64,000 bases of DNA from an uncultured Chloroflexia bacterium (GTDB taxonomy: Bacteria; Chloroflexota; Limnocylindria; Limnocylindrales; CSP1-4). Every line of letters starts with the position of its first letter. The stretch's first letter is position 1. The stretch spans positions 1,202,281-1,266,280 of the forward strand of contig CAWEYL010000001.1 in assembly GCA_963813335.1 (NCBI GenBank), in the 5' to 3' direction. The notes under the pieces were generated by a model. It saw only the letters and a program-made list of their open reading frames with translations, made no database searches and had not been told where the DNA came from. The position numbers and the translations under genes were made by a program. Below, piece by piece: positions 10,455 through 19,745 of this stretch.

Positions 10455-11828
10455 CAGTAGACGGGCGTGTCGGTCCCGACCGCTTCGAGCGCCGCCTTGA
10501 TCACCCGCAGGAACGCCGCGGCCTGGGCGCCGTCGTTGGCCCGATGGTCGATGGCGAGGACCATGTTCATGACGGGCCGGATCGCGATGACGTCGCCATC
10601 GGGCGTCTCGCGGACGACGGGGCGCTTGGTGATGGCCTCCATCGTCAGGATGGCGACCTCGGGCACATTGATGATCGGCATCGTCAGGTTCGAGCCGAAC
10701 CAGCCGGTGTTGTCGATGGTGAACGTGCTGCCGCCGTAGTCGTCGAGGCGGAGCTTGCCGGCGCGGGCGCGGGCCGCGACATCGGCGATGGCGTGGTTGA
10801 GGCCGTTGATGGAGAGCTGGTCGACGTCCCGCACCACCGGCACGAGCAGCCCGTCGTCCACCGCGACGGCCACGCCCATGTTGATGCGCCGCTTGGCCAG
10901 GATGCCCAGCGTCGGTCCAGTGGGCGTTGAACGTCGGGTACTGCTTGAGGGCGTCGACCGTGGCCTTGATCACGAACGGGACGAAGCTCAGCGAGAGGCC
11001 CTCGCGGGACTGGTAGTCGCGCTTCGCCGCCTCGCGCGCCCGCACGAGCCCGCTGGCATCGACCTCCATGTGGACGTAGGCGTGCGGGACCAGGAGCGCG
11101 CGCGTCATCTGGGCGGCGATGCCCTTGCGCATCTGGGTCATCGGCAGGAGGAGCTCGTCCGTGCCGGGCGGGAAGGCGATCGCGCCACCGGCCGGTGCGG
11201 TCGCCTTCGGCGCGGCGACGGGGGCCGCAGCAGCGGCGGGCCGGCCGTTCGTGGCGGGCGTCGGCGCCGCGCCGCCGGTCCGGATGGTCTCGACCACGGC
11301 CAGGACATCGTCGCGGGTGATCCGGCCGCCGCCGCCCGTGCCGGGGACCTGCTCAGGGCTGAGCCCGTGCTCGCGGAGGAGCCGCCGGACCGCTGGGGTC
11401 ATGCGGGCGTCGGCGTCGCCGGTCGCGGCGAGCGTCGCCGCCGCGGCGAGGGGCGCCGGGGCCGGGACGACAGGCGCGGGGGCGGGCGCGGCGGTCGCCG
11501 CGACCGGCCGCTCGTCGGATCCGGCGGGGCCGTGGGCCGGCTCCGGCGCGGTGGCTGCCGGCGCTGCGGTGGCTGCCGGCGCACCCGCCTCGTCGCCGGT
11601 GTCGATGATCGCGATCTCGGCCTCGTTGGGGACGGTCTCGCCCTCCTGGACCAGGATCTCCTTGAGGATGCCCTCGAACGGCGACGGGACCTCGGCGTTC
11701 ACCTTGTCGGTGATGACCTCGAGCAGCGGCTCGTACTTGTCGACGTGGTCGCCGGGCTGCTTGAGCCATTTGCCGATCGTGCCCTCGGCGACGCTCTCGC
11801 CGAGCTGGGGCATCGTTACCTTGGCCAC
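10454..11828 (-). CDS. bkdB: branched-chain 2-oxoacid dehydrogenase E2 (dihydrolipoamide acyltransferase); +1 frameshift near 10905
   Basis: Lipoyl domain EVITDKVNAEVPSP, E3-binding domain, DHRANDG catalytic motif in the second frame; removing one G restores WTDAGILAKRRINMGVAVA. Confidence 0.9.
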
Positions 11829-11988
11829 GTTCGCTGGTCCTCCGAGTCGCGCGATCCGATCGAGGCCTCACGCCCCGGTCGTCCGCGTAGTGTCGCCCAT
11901 CCGGGCATCCGCGGTCGAGCCGCCGCGGGGTGACGGCCCGTCCGGCCAGCGGGCATGATGCGCCGATGCACGTGGCGCGGGTCCCGGC

Positions 11989-14958
11989 ATGACGCGCTGG
12001 GGACGGACGATCGGGATCCGACCCGGCGAGGGGCGGACGATCGTGCTCGTCGCATCGCTCTTCGCCGCCCTGGAGCTGGGCCGCGGCTTCGGGGAGATCG
12101 GCGTCGATACGCTCGTCGTCAAGCGCTTCGGGGCCGGCTCGCTGCCCTACCTGTTCATCGGGCTCGGGAGCGTCAGCCTCGTTGCCTCGCTCGTCTACGG
12201 CGGGGCGCTCGGCCGGCTGCCGAGGATCCGGCTCTTCAGCGGGATCATGATCGGGGCCGCCATCGCGTTGGTCGTCGAGCGGGTCCTCATCGAGACCGGG
12301 CACCCCGCGACGCTGGCCCTCGCCTATCTGACGGTCTATGCCGTCGGCGCTATCGCGGTGACGATCGTCTGGACGATGGCCGCATCGGTCTTCGACGCCC
12401 GCCAGGCCAAGCGGCTCTTCCCGCTGTGCACCGCCGCGGCGATCGCCGGCAGCTTCTTTGGCACGCTCCTGTCCGGCCCGACGGCGCGGGCACTCGGAAC
12501 GCCGGCGCTGCTCGTCATCGAGGCGGTGCTGCTGACCGCGGTCGGGCTGCTGGTCGTGGCGGTCTCGCGGACGACCACCGTCCGGGTCCCGCCGCGCGGG
12601 CGCGACCGGTCGATCGTCGCCGACCTGCGCGCCGGCTTCGACGCGGTCGTCCGCTCGCCGCTGATGCGCCTCGTGGCGGTGGCGTACGTGCTGCTGGCGA
12701 TCCTCGGGTCGTCCGTCACCTACCCGTTCCTGCGCGTCGCGTCCGAGACGTTCACGACGGAGGCCGACCTCGCGACCGCGCTCGGCCTCCTGTCGGCGAG
12801 CGTGACCGCGACCTCGTTCGTGGTCTCGCTGCTGGTCGCCAACCGCGTCTACGCGCGGATCGGCGTCGCCGGCGCGGCCATGGTCCTGCCGCTGGTCTAC
12901 CTCGGCGGGTTCGGCTTGTGGATCGTGGCGTTCTCGATGGCCACCGCCGCCCTCTTCCGGTTCACGCAGCAGACCGCGCAGCGCGGCCTCTCGAACGCGG
13001 CCTGGAGCGCCTTCTACAACGTCGTGCCGTCCGAGCGCCGCGCGCAGGTCCTCGCCTTCAACGACGGTGTGCCCGGGCAGGTCGGGACGATCCTCTCGGG
13101 CGTCCTGCTGATCGCGGCCGGCTCCGTCCTGGCCCGCGACCAGGTCTTCTGGCTGGGCGCCGTCACCGCGGTCGCCTGCACGGTGGTCGGCGTCGGGATC
13201 CGGCGGCGCTACGGGGCGAGCCTGCTGCAGACCCTGCGGGCCGGGCTCGGGGAGCAGGTCCTCGAAGGCGGCCCGGGCCTGGCCGCGCTCACCCGCGATC
13301 CCGCCGTCGCCGGCGCGCTCGTCACTGCGCTCGGCGCGCCGGAGCCGGGCGTGCGCCGGATGGCCGCGTCGCTGCTCGGCCGGACCGCAGCGACGGACGC
13401 CGGGGCGGCGCTTGCCGGCGCGGCGGCGGACGAGGACGCCGGGGTCCGGGTCGCCGCCCTGGGCGCCATCGCGGCCCTCGGCGGTGACGGGCTGGTGGCG
13501 GAAGCCGTCCGCGGCCGCCTGGCCGATTCGGAGCCGGCGGTCCGCGCGGCCGCCGTGCGGGCGTTGACGGCGATCGCCGTGCTCGCCGACGACCCGGCGG
13601 GCGCCGTGCCCGCGGTCACCGGCCTGGCCGACGACCACGACCCGGCGGTCCGCGCGGCGGTGGCCTGCTCGATGCTGGCGGCGGGACCGGACGAGACCTC
13701 CCTGCGGATCATCGACGAGCTGCTCGATGACCCCGACGACGACTGCCGGGTGGCGGGTCTCGACGCCATCCGCCGGGTGGGCGACCCGATACCGCTCGAG
13801 CGGGTGCGCGCGCTGCTCGGCGACCGTGCCGCGAAGGTCCGGGTCGCCGCGCTCGAGGCGTTGGCGGTGTCGCACGACGTCGGTGCGACGGTCCCCGACC
13901 TGGTCGCGGCGCTCGACGACCCGGTCTCGGACGTCCGGATCGCGGCGGCCCGCATCCTGGCGGCCTTCGAGACCGCACCACCCGGCGTGGTCGAGGTCCT
14001 GGCCACCGATTCCGAGCGGGCGCAGGCGGCCGCGCTGGCGGCCCTGGTCGGCCACGGTCCCGAGGTGCGCACACCGGTCATCGACTGGGCCCGCGGCCGG
14101 CTGACCCGGGCCAACGACCTGCGGCGCGCACGGCTCGCGCTGTCGACCGGGGGGACCGAAGCCTCCGGCGACGCCGCCGCGACGCCGGAGACCGCCTTCC
14201 TGGTGTCGATCCTCGAGCACCGCGAGCACGACCTCGCCAACCTGGCCCTCGGCGCCCTCGTCGTGCTCGGCGCGCCCGAGGCCGGCGGGGTGATCCGCCG
14301 CTGCCTCCGCTCGCGCGACACGGAGACCCGGGCACAGGCCATCGAGGCCCTCGAGTCCATCGGCGACCCGCGGCTGAGCGGCGCCCTCGTGGGGCTGCTC
14401 GAGGACGCGCCGGCCGCGCCGCAGGACCGCGCTGACGCCCTGCGCTGGCTGGCCGATGATGATGACCACTGGATCGCGCGGATGGCGCGCACCATCTCGA
14501 GTGGAGGCGCGGACATGCCGGAGACGAGTCGGACGCTCGGCGACCTCGAGACGATGCTGTGCCTGCGCCGCGTGCCCCTGTTCGATGGGCTCGACCCGGA
14601 GGACCTCCAGCGGATCGCCTCGACCGCCGTCGAGCACGTCTACCCGGCCGGCGAGGCGCTCGTCCGGGAGGGCGACCTGGGCGACACGCTGATCGTGATC
14701 GTGGAGGGGTCCGTGCGCGTCGTGCGGGCCGAGCCCGACGGCTCCGAACGGCTCATCCGCACCTACGCCGCCGGCGACCATATCGGCGAGCTCGCGGTGC
14801 TCCGCGAGGCCCCGCGCGCGGCGACGGTCGTCGCCGAGGGCGACGGGGTCCGCGGGCTGGTCATCGCCGGGGACAGCCTCAAGGCGATCCTGCGCGAGCG
14901 GCCCGACGCCGCGATGGCCATGCTCGCGACGCTCTCGGAGCGGATCAGCAGGCAATAG
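11989..14958 (+). CDS. NTT/MFS-like transporter fused to HEAT repeats and a C-terminal cyclic-nucleotide-binding domain
   Basis: About 12 hydrophobic helices incl. FDARQAKRLFP; repeated D...VRxAA HEAT motifs; HIGELAVLREAPRAATVVA phosphate-binding cassette. Confidence 0.85.
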   Translation: MTRWGRTIGIRPGEGRTIVLVASLFAALELGRGFGEIGVDTLVVKRFGAGSLPYLFIGLGSVSLVASLVYGGALGRLPRIRLFSGIMIGAAIALVVERVLIETGHPATLALAYLTVYAVGAIAVTIVWTMAASVFDARQAKRLFPLCTAAAIAGSFFGTLLSGPTARALGTPALLVIEAVLLTAVGLLVVAVSRTTTVRVPPRGRDRSIVADLRAGFDAVVRSPLMRLVAVAYVLLAILGSSVTYPFLRVASETFTTEADLATALGLLSASVTATSFVVSLLVANRVYARIGVAGAAMVLPLVYLGGFGLWIVAFSMATAALFRFTQQTAQRGLSNAAWSAFYNVVPSERRAQVLAFNDGVPGQVGTILSGVLLIAAGSVLARDQVFWLGAVTAVACTVVGVGIRRRYGASLLQTLRAGLGEQVLEGGPGLAALTRDPAVAGALVTALGAPEPGVRRMAASLLGRTAATDAGAALAGAAADEDAGVRVAALGAIAALGGDGLVAEAVRGRLADSEPAVRAAAVRALTAIAVLADDPAGAVPAVTGLADDHDPAVRAAVACSMLAAGPDETSLRIIDELLDDPDDDCRVAGLDAIRRVGDPIPLERVRALLGDRAAKVRVAALEALAVSHDVGATVPDLVAALDDPVSDVRIAAARILAAFETAPPGVVEVLATDSERAQAAALAALVGHGPEVRTPVIDWARGRLTRANDLRRARLALSTGGTEASGDAAATPETAFLVSILEHREHDLANLALGALVVLGAPEAGGVIRRCLRSRDTETRAQAIEALESIGDPRLSGALVGLLEDAPAAPQDRADALRWLADDDDHWIARMARTISSGGADMPETSRTLGDLETMLCLRRVPLFDGLDPEDLQRIASTAVEHVYPAGEALVREGDLGDTLIVIVEGSVRVVRAEPDGSERLIRTYAAGDHIGELAVLREAPRAATVVAEGDGVRGLVIAGDSLKAILRERPDAAMAMLATLSERISRQ

Positions 14959-14967
14959 CATTCGTCG

Positions 14968-17673
14968 ATGACCGAGACCGCAGGCTCCGGCGATCCCGAG
15001 GCGCGAGGCCCGCTGCCTGTCGGCACGGTCACCTTCCTGCGCACCGACATCGAGGGCTCGATGGCCCTCGCGCGTGCGCTGGGGCCGACGTGGGACGCGG
15101 TCAACGCCGCCCACATGAGCATCCTGCGAGGTGCCGTGGGGCGGCATGACGGTGTCGTCGTTCGGACCGAAGGCGATGCCATGTTCGCGGTCTTCCCGGA
15201 GGCCGGCGCGGCCGTCCGGGCGGCCGTCGACGCGCAGCGGGCGATCGGATCCCACGGCTGGCCGGCTGCGTCCCCCGTCCGGGTCCGGATCGGCCTCCAC
15301 AGCGGCGAGGCCCACCTCGCCGGCGACGACTACGGCGGGTTCGACGTCAATCGTGCGGCTCGGATCGCTGCGGTCGGGCACGGTGGCCAGATCGTCCTCT
15401 CGGGGCCGACCTTCGAGCTCGTCGCCGACCGGCTCCCACCCGCGACGGCCACTCGGCCCCTGGGCAGATTCGTCCTGAAGGACGTCATCCGGCCCGAATC
15501 GCTCTACCAGCTCGACATCGACGGTCTCCCCACGGCGTTCCCCGCCCTCCGGGCCGGCCGCGTCGTCGAAGGGAACCTCGGCCAGCGACTGACGAGCTTC
15601 GTCGGGCGCGATCGGGAACTCGAGGCGCTTCGTCACCTCCTTGAGCGGGCGCGCCTCGTGACCCTGACGGGGCCGGGCGGGATCGGGAAGACGACCCTCG
15701 CCACCGAGGTTGCCCGATCCGTCGAGGACGGCTACGCCGACGGGGCCTGGGTGGTGCCGCTGGCCTCCATCGATTCGAGCGATGGGGTGGCGCCCCTGAT
15801 CGCGCGGACCATCGGCCTGTTCGACGGGCCGTTCCGTCTCGCGGTCGACACCCTTCCGATCTTCCTCGCCGACCGGGCCATGCTCCTCGTGCTCGACAAC
15901 TTCGAACACGTCATCGACGCCGCCGATGTCGTCGGACGGCTGCTCCAGGCCTCGCCGCATTCGCGATTCATCGCGACCAGCCGCGCCCCGCTGCACATCT
16001 CCGGCGAGCACGAGTACCCCGTCGGGCCGCTGGCGGTCGGCGGCGTGGACGATGCCGCGGTCCGGCTCTTCGTCGATCGCGCGCAGGCGGTCCAGCCGGG
16101 TTGGACGCCAGGCACCGAGACGTCCGTGGTCGAGGAGATCGTGACCCGGCTCGACGGCCTGCCGCTCGGCGTCGAGCTGGCCGCGGCTCGCGTTTCCCTG
16201 CTCCCGCTCCAGGCGATCCGGGACCGGCTCGCCGCGCGTCTGCCATTGCCTGGGGCGGGCGCCCGCGACGCGCCAGCCCGCCAGCGGACCCTCGATGGCG
16301 CCGTCGCCTGGAGCCACGACCTCCTGACGCCGGATCTCCAGACCCGCCTCCATCGCCTGTCGGTCTTCGAGGGCGGGTTCGACCTTGCCGAGGCCGGGCC
16401 GGTCGCCCTCGACCCAGCTGAGCGATCGCGGGAGGTCCTCGACGACCTCGCCGAGCTCGTGGACCGGAGCCTCCTGCAACGCGTGCCGGAGGCCGCCGGG
16501 GTCCGCTTCCGGATGCTCCAGACGATCCAGGCCTTCGGCGCGGCGCGGCTGGCCGAGACCGATGACGAGGCGCCCGTCCGTCGCCGCCATGCCGAGACCT
16601 ACCTTGCCCTCGCCGAGGCCGTGAAGGCGCACGAGGACGGGGCCGACCAGCGGGCCTGGAGGGCCAGACTTGATCGCGACGACGCCAATCTACGCGCGGC
16701 GATCGACTGGTCGATCGAGCACGGAGAGGTGGACCTGGCGCTCCGGTTCGTCGGCGCGTCGTGGCGGTATTGGCAGTCGAGCGGCCATCTCAACGAAGGC
16801 CGGGCCCTCGCCGACCGTGCGCTCGCGATACCCGGCGCCGATGCGCCGACGACCGCGCGGATGTGGGCCGCCTCGGCCGCCGGGAGCATCGCCTACTGGC
16901 GGTCGGATTCGGCGAGCGCTGGTCGCTGGTACGAAGAGGAGTTGTCGCTGGCACGGGCGCTCGGCGACGGGGCCGGGCTCGCGGACGCGCTGTTCAACCT
17001 CGGCCATGTCGACTTCGTGCTCAACGCTCCGAGGGGCGATGCGTTCCGAGGAGGGATCGAGGAGACCGTCCGCGCATATGAGGCGGTGGGCGACGAGCGC
17101 GGCGTCGCCCGGACGCGCTGGGCGGTCGGGAACGTCCTCCTCGAGGGTGGTGACCCAGCCGCCGCGTACCAGGCCTTCATCGAGTCACGCGCGTCGTTCG
17201 AGGCACTCGGCGACGTCAGGTACGTCGCCCTATCGTCCGGAAGCCTTGCGTGGACGTCGTTCGCCCTCGGCGACATCCCCGGATCCTTCCGCTGGACCGC
17301 GCATGCGATCCGCGAGACGTATTCCGGTGGCGACCTCGGCTCGACCACCATCTCGCTCCACATCGGCGTGCTGATCGCGGTCATCGCGGGCCGCCCGGAT
17401 GAGGCCGCGCGCATCTCGGGGGCGTTCGACGCGCTGTGCGAACGGTATGGGGTGCGCCCGCCCGCCGCGTTGGAGCGCTTCCTGCATGTCCAGGACCCGT
17501 TCGCCATGGCACGGGATGCCCTGTCACCGGAGCGCTACGCCATCGAATACGCGGTCGGCCAGCGCATGTCCCTGGCCGAGGCCGTCGACCTGGTGGTCGA
17601 GCTCGCATCCACGACCGAGCCCGCGATAGCTGGCGGACCGCCGAGCGCCGGCGGCTCCCCGTCTCGTCAGTAG
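14968..17673 (+). CDS. class III nucleotide cyclase - STAND ATPase - TPR-like protein
   Basis: TDIEGS, RTEGD, RIGLHSG, DYGGFDVNRAAR; Walker A GPGGIGKT, LVLDNFEH, GLPLGVELAA; helical C-terminus. Confidence 0.92.
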   Translation: MTETAGSGDPEARGPLPVGTVTFLRTDIEGSMALARALGPTWDAVNAAHMSILRGAVGRHDGVVVRTEGDAMFAVFPEAGAAVRAAVDAQRAIGSHGWPAASPVRVRIGLHSGEAHLAGDDYGGFDVNRAARIAAVGHGGQIVLSGPTFELVADRLPPATATRPLGRFVLKDVIRPESLYQLDIDGLPTAFPALRAGRVVEGNLGQRLTSFVGRDRELEALRHLLERARLVTLTGPGGIGKTTLATEVARSVEDGYADGAWVVPLASIDSSDGVAPLIARTIGLFDGPFRLAVDTLPIFLADRAMLLVLDNFEHVIDAADVVGRLLQASPHSRFIATSRAPLHISGEHEYPVGPLAVGGVDDAAVRLFVDRAQAVQPGWTPGTETSVVEEIVTRLDGLPLGVELAAARVSLLPLQAIRDRLAARLPLPGAGARDAPARQRTLDGAVAWSHDLLTPDLQTRLHRLSVFEGGFDLAEAGPVALDPAERSREVLDDLAELVDRSLLQRVPEAAGVRFRMLQTIQAFGAARLAETDDEAPVRRRHAETYLALAEAVKAHEDGADQRAWRARLDRDDANLRAAIDWSIEHGEVDLALRFVGASWRYWQSSGHLNEGRALADRALAIPGADAPTTARMWAASAAGSIAYWRSDSASAGRWYEEELSLARALGDGAGLADALFNLGHVDFVLNAPRGDAFRGGIEETVRAYEAVGDERGVARTRWAVGNVLLEGGDPAAAYQAFIESRASFEALGDVRYVALSSGSLAWTSFALGDIPGSFRWTAHAIRETYSGGDLGSTTISLHIGVLIAVIAGRPDEAARISGAFDALCERYGVRPPAALERFLHVQDPFAMARDALSPERYAIEYAVGQRMSLAEAVDLVVELASTTEPAIAGGPPSAGGSPSRQ

Positions 17674-18650
17674 GCCGCGAGCTTGCGGATCCCCGCGGCG
17701 ATCTTCTCGGGGTCGACCATGAACCAGTCCTCCAGGACGTGGTTGTAGGGCACCCCAGGGACCTCCGGGCCGGCGATCCGGGTCACCGGGCCGTCGAGGT
17801 AGTCGAACGCCTCCTCGGCCACGATCGCGGCCACCTCCGCCCCGTACCCGCCGAACTTGTTGTCCTCGTAGACGATCAGGCACTTGCCGGTCTTGCGGAC
17901 GCTGTCGAGGAGGGTCTCGCGGTCGAGCGGGCGCAGCGTGCGCAGGTCGATGACCTCGACGCTGATGCCGTCCTCGGCCACGCGGTCGGCGGCCTCGAGC
18001 GCGTAGTGGGCCATCAGCCCGTAGGCCACGACCGTCACCTGCGATCCGGGGTGGGTCACGGCGGCCTTGCCGAGGGGCACGACATAGTCCGTGTCGGGGA
18101 CGTCGCCGCGGACCGAGCGGTACATCTTCTTGTGCTCGAAGAACAGCACCGGGTCGTCGTCGCGGATCGCCGAGCGGAGCAGGCCGCGGGCGTCGTACGG
18201 CGTGGACGGCACGACCACCTTGAGGCCGGGCACGTGGGTGAAGAACGCCTCGACGCTCTGCGAGTGGTAGAGCGCGCCGTGCACCCCGCCGCCGTACGGG
18301 GCGCGGATCGTCATCGGGACGCTGTACCCGTTGTTCGAGCGGTAGCGCATCCGCGCGGCCTCGGACACGATCTGGTTGAACGCCGGATGGATGAAGTCGG
18401 CGAATTGGATCTCGGCGACCGGCCGGAGGCCGTTGACGGCGGCCCCGATCGACGCGCCGACGATCATCGACTCGGTCAGCGGCGTGTCGATGACCCGTTC
18501 CTCGCCGAACTCGGCCCACAGGCCGTCCGTGGCGAGGAAGACCCCGCCCTTCTTGCCGACGTCCTCGCCGAGGACGATGACCGAGTCGTCGCGGCGCATC
18601 TCCTCGGCGAGCGTCTCGCGGATGGCGTCGATGAACGTCCGGGTGGGCAT
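17667..18650 (-). CDS. bkdAB: 2-oxoacid dehydrogenase E1 beta subunit (branched-chain type)
   Basis: GEDVG, DTPLTE, EIQFADF, HSQSVE, DLRTLRPLD. Confidence 0.93.
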   Translation of the reverse strand: MPTRTFIDAIRETLAEEMRRDDSVIVLGEDVGKKGGVFLATDGLWAEFGEERVIDTPLTESMIVGASIGAAVNGLRPVAEIQFADFIHPAFNQIVSEAARMRYRSNNGYSVPMTIRAPYGGGVHGALYHSQSVEAFFTHVPGLKVVVPSTPYDARGLLRSAIRDDDPVLFFEHKKMYRSVRGDVPDTDYVVPLGKAAVTHPGSQVTVVAYGLMAHYALEAADRVAEDGISVEVIDLRTLRPLDRETLLDSVRKTGKCLIVYEDNKFGGYGAEVAAIVAEEAFDYLDGPVTRIAGPEVPGVPYNHVLEDWFMVDPEKIAAGIRKLAAY

Positions 18651-19681
18651 CAGGGGAGCGCCAGCTCGTCGGGATCGTCGGCGTACACGTAGCGCATCGC
18701 CGTGGCCGGGTCGGGGTCGGGCTCGGATTCGGCGTAGTCGGTGGCATCCTCGACGGCGGCCTTGAGCCCGGCGGCGATCCGCTCCTCGATCTCGTCGGTC
18801 AGGACCCCGGCGTCGCGCAGCTGCTCGCGGAACCGCGGCACGGGGTCGCGCAGGCGCTCCTGCTCGAGCTCCTCGGCGGCGCGGTACTTCGTCTGCTGGT
18901 CGTCCGACGAATGGGCCGTGAGACGGGTCACCTTGGCCTCGATCAGGGTGGGGCCGTCCCCAGCCCGAGCCCGGGCCACCGCGTCGCGCGCCGCCGCGTA
19001 GCAGCCGATGACGTCGACGCCGTCGACGACGACGCCCGGGATCCCGTAGCCAGCGGCACGGTCGGCCACGTCCTCCACGGAGACCTCCATCGCCGCCGGC
19101 ACGCTGATCGCGTAGCCATTGTTCTCGACGACGAACACGAAGGGCAGCTTGTGGATCGCCGCGAAGTTGAGCCCCTCGTGGACGTCGCCCTGGTTCGAGG
19201 AGCCCTCCCCCATCGAGGTCATCGCGACCTGGCCGGTCTTGCGGATCTTGGCCGCGAGGGCGATGCCCACGGCATGCAGGAGCTGGGTCGCGACCGGCGA
19301 GCTGACGGACACGAGGTTGTGCTCGCGCGAGCCGTAGTGGCCGGGCATCTGCCGGCCGCCGGACGACGGGTCGCTGGCGGTCGCGTACTGGGCGGTCATG
19401 ATGTCGCGCGCGCTCATCCCGAACGTGAGACAGGTCGCGATGGACCGGTAGAACGGCGCGATCCAGTCGTGGCCCTTCTCGAAGGCCATGGCGATGCCGA
19501 CCTGGGCGCCTTCATGGCCCTGGCCGCTGATCACGAACGGGATCCGGCCCGCCCGGTTCAGGATCCACATCCGCTCGTCGACGGCGCGGGCGAGCGCGAC
19601 CAGCCGGTACATCTCGACGAGGTCGGCGTCGGACAGGCCGACGGAGGCTGCCAGCGCGGAGGGTCCCGGGGTCACCGCCAT
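18650..19681 (-). CDS. bkdAA: 2-oxoacid dehydrogenase E1 alpha subunit (branched-chain type)
   Basis: LNRAGRIPFVISGQGHE, GEGSSNQG..NN TPP motif, AHSSDD; AGGAGG upstream of ATG 19681. Confidence 0.93.
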   Translation of the reverse strand: MAVTPGPSALAASVGLSDADLVEMYRLVALARAVDERMWILNRAGRIPFVISGQGHEGAQVGIAMAFEKGHDWIAPFYRSIATCLTFGMSARDIMTAQYATASDPSSGGRQMPGHYGSREHNLVSVSSPVATQLLHAVGIALAAKIRKTGQVAMTSMGEGSSNQGDVHEGLNFAAIHKLPFVFVVENNGYAISVPAAMEVSVEDVADRAAGYGIPGVVVDGVDVIGCYAAARDAVARARAGDGPTLIEAKVTRLTAHSSDDQQTKYRAAEELEQERLRDPVPRFREQLRDAGVLTDEIEERIAAGLKAAVEDATDYAESEPDPDPATAMRYVYADDPDELALP

Positions 19682-19745
19682 CGGACCGATGGGCCTCCTT
19701 GCGTCGTCGGCCGTCGCGGCGCCGGACCTCGCGGCGCCATCCCCA

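Noticed and set aside
9468-11828. 786-aa ORF that looks like an E2-epimerase fusion
   Set aside because: Caused by the +1 insertion near 10905. The E2 catalytic C-terminus is in another frame with its own stop at 10454, and the epimerase has its own ATG.
11353-16632. 1759-aa minus-strand ORF and other long shadow ORFs (6260-8653, 25272-27242, 46103-48610, 49144-52155, 52101-54698)
   Set aside because: Antisense or alternate-frame shadows of well-supported genes. Stops are scarce at this GC content, and the products are Arg/Gly/Pro-rich with no motifs.
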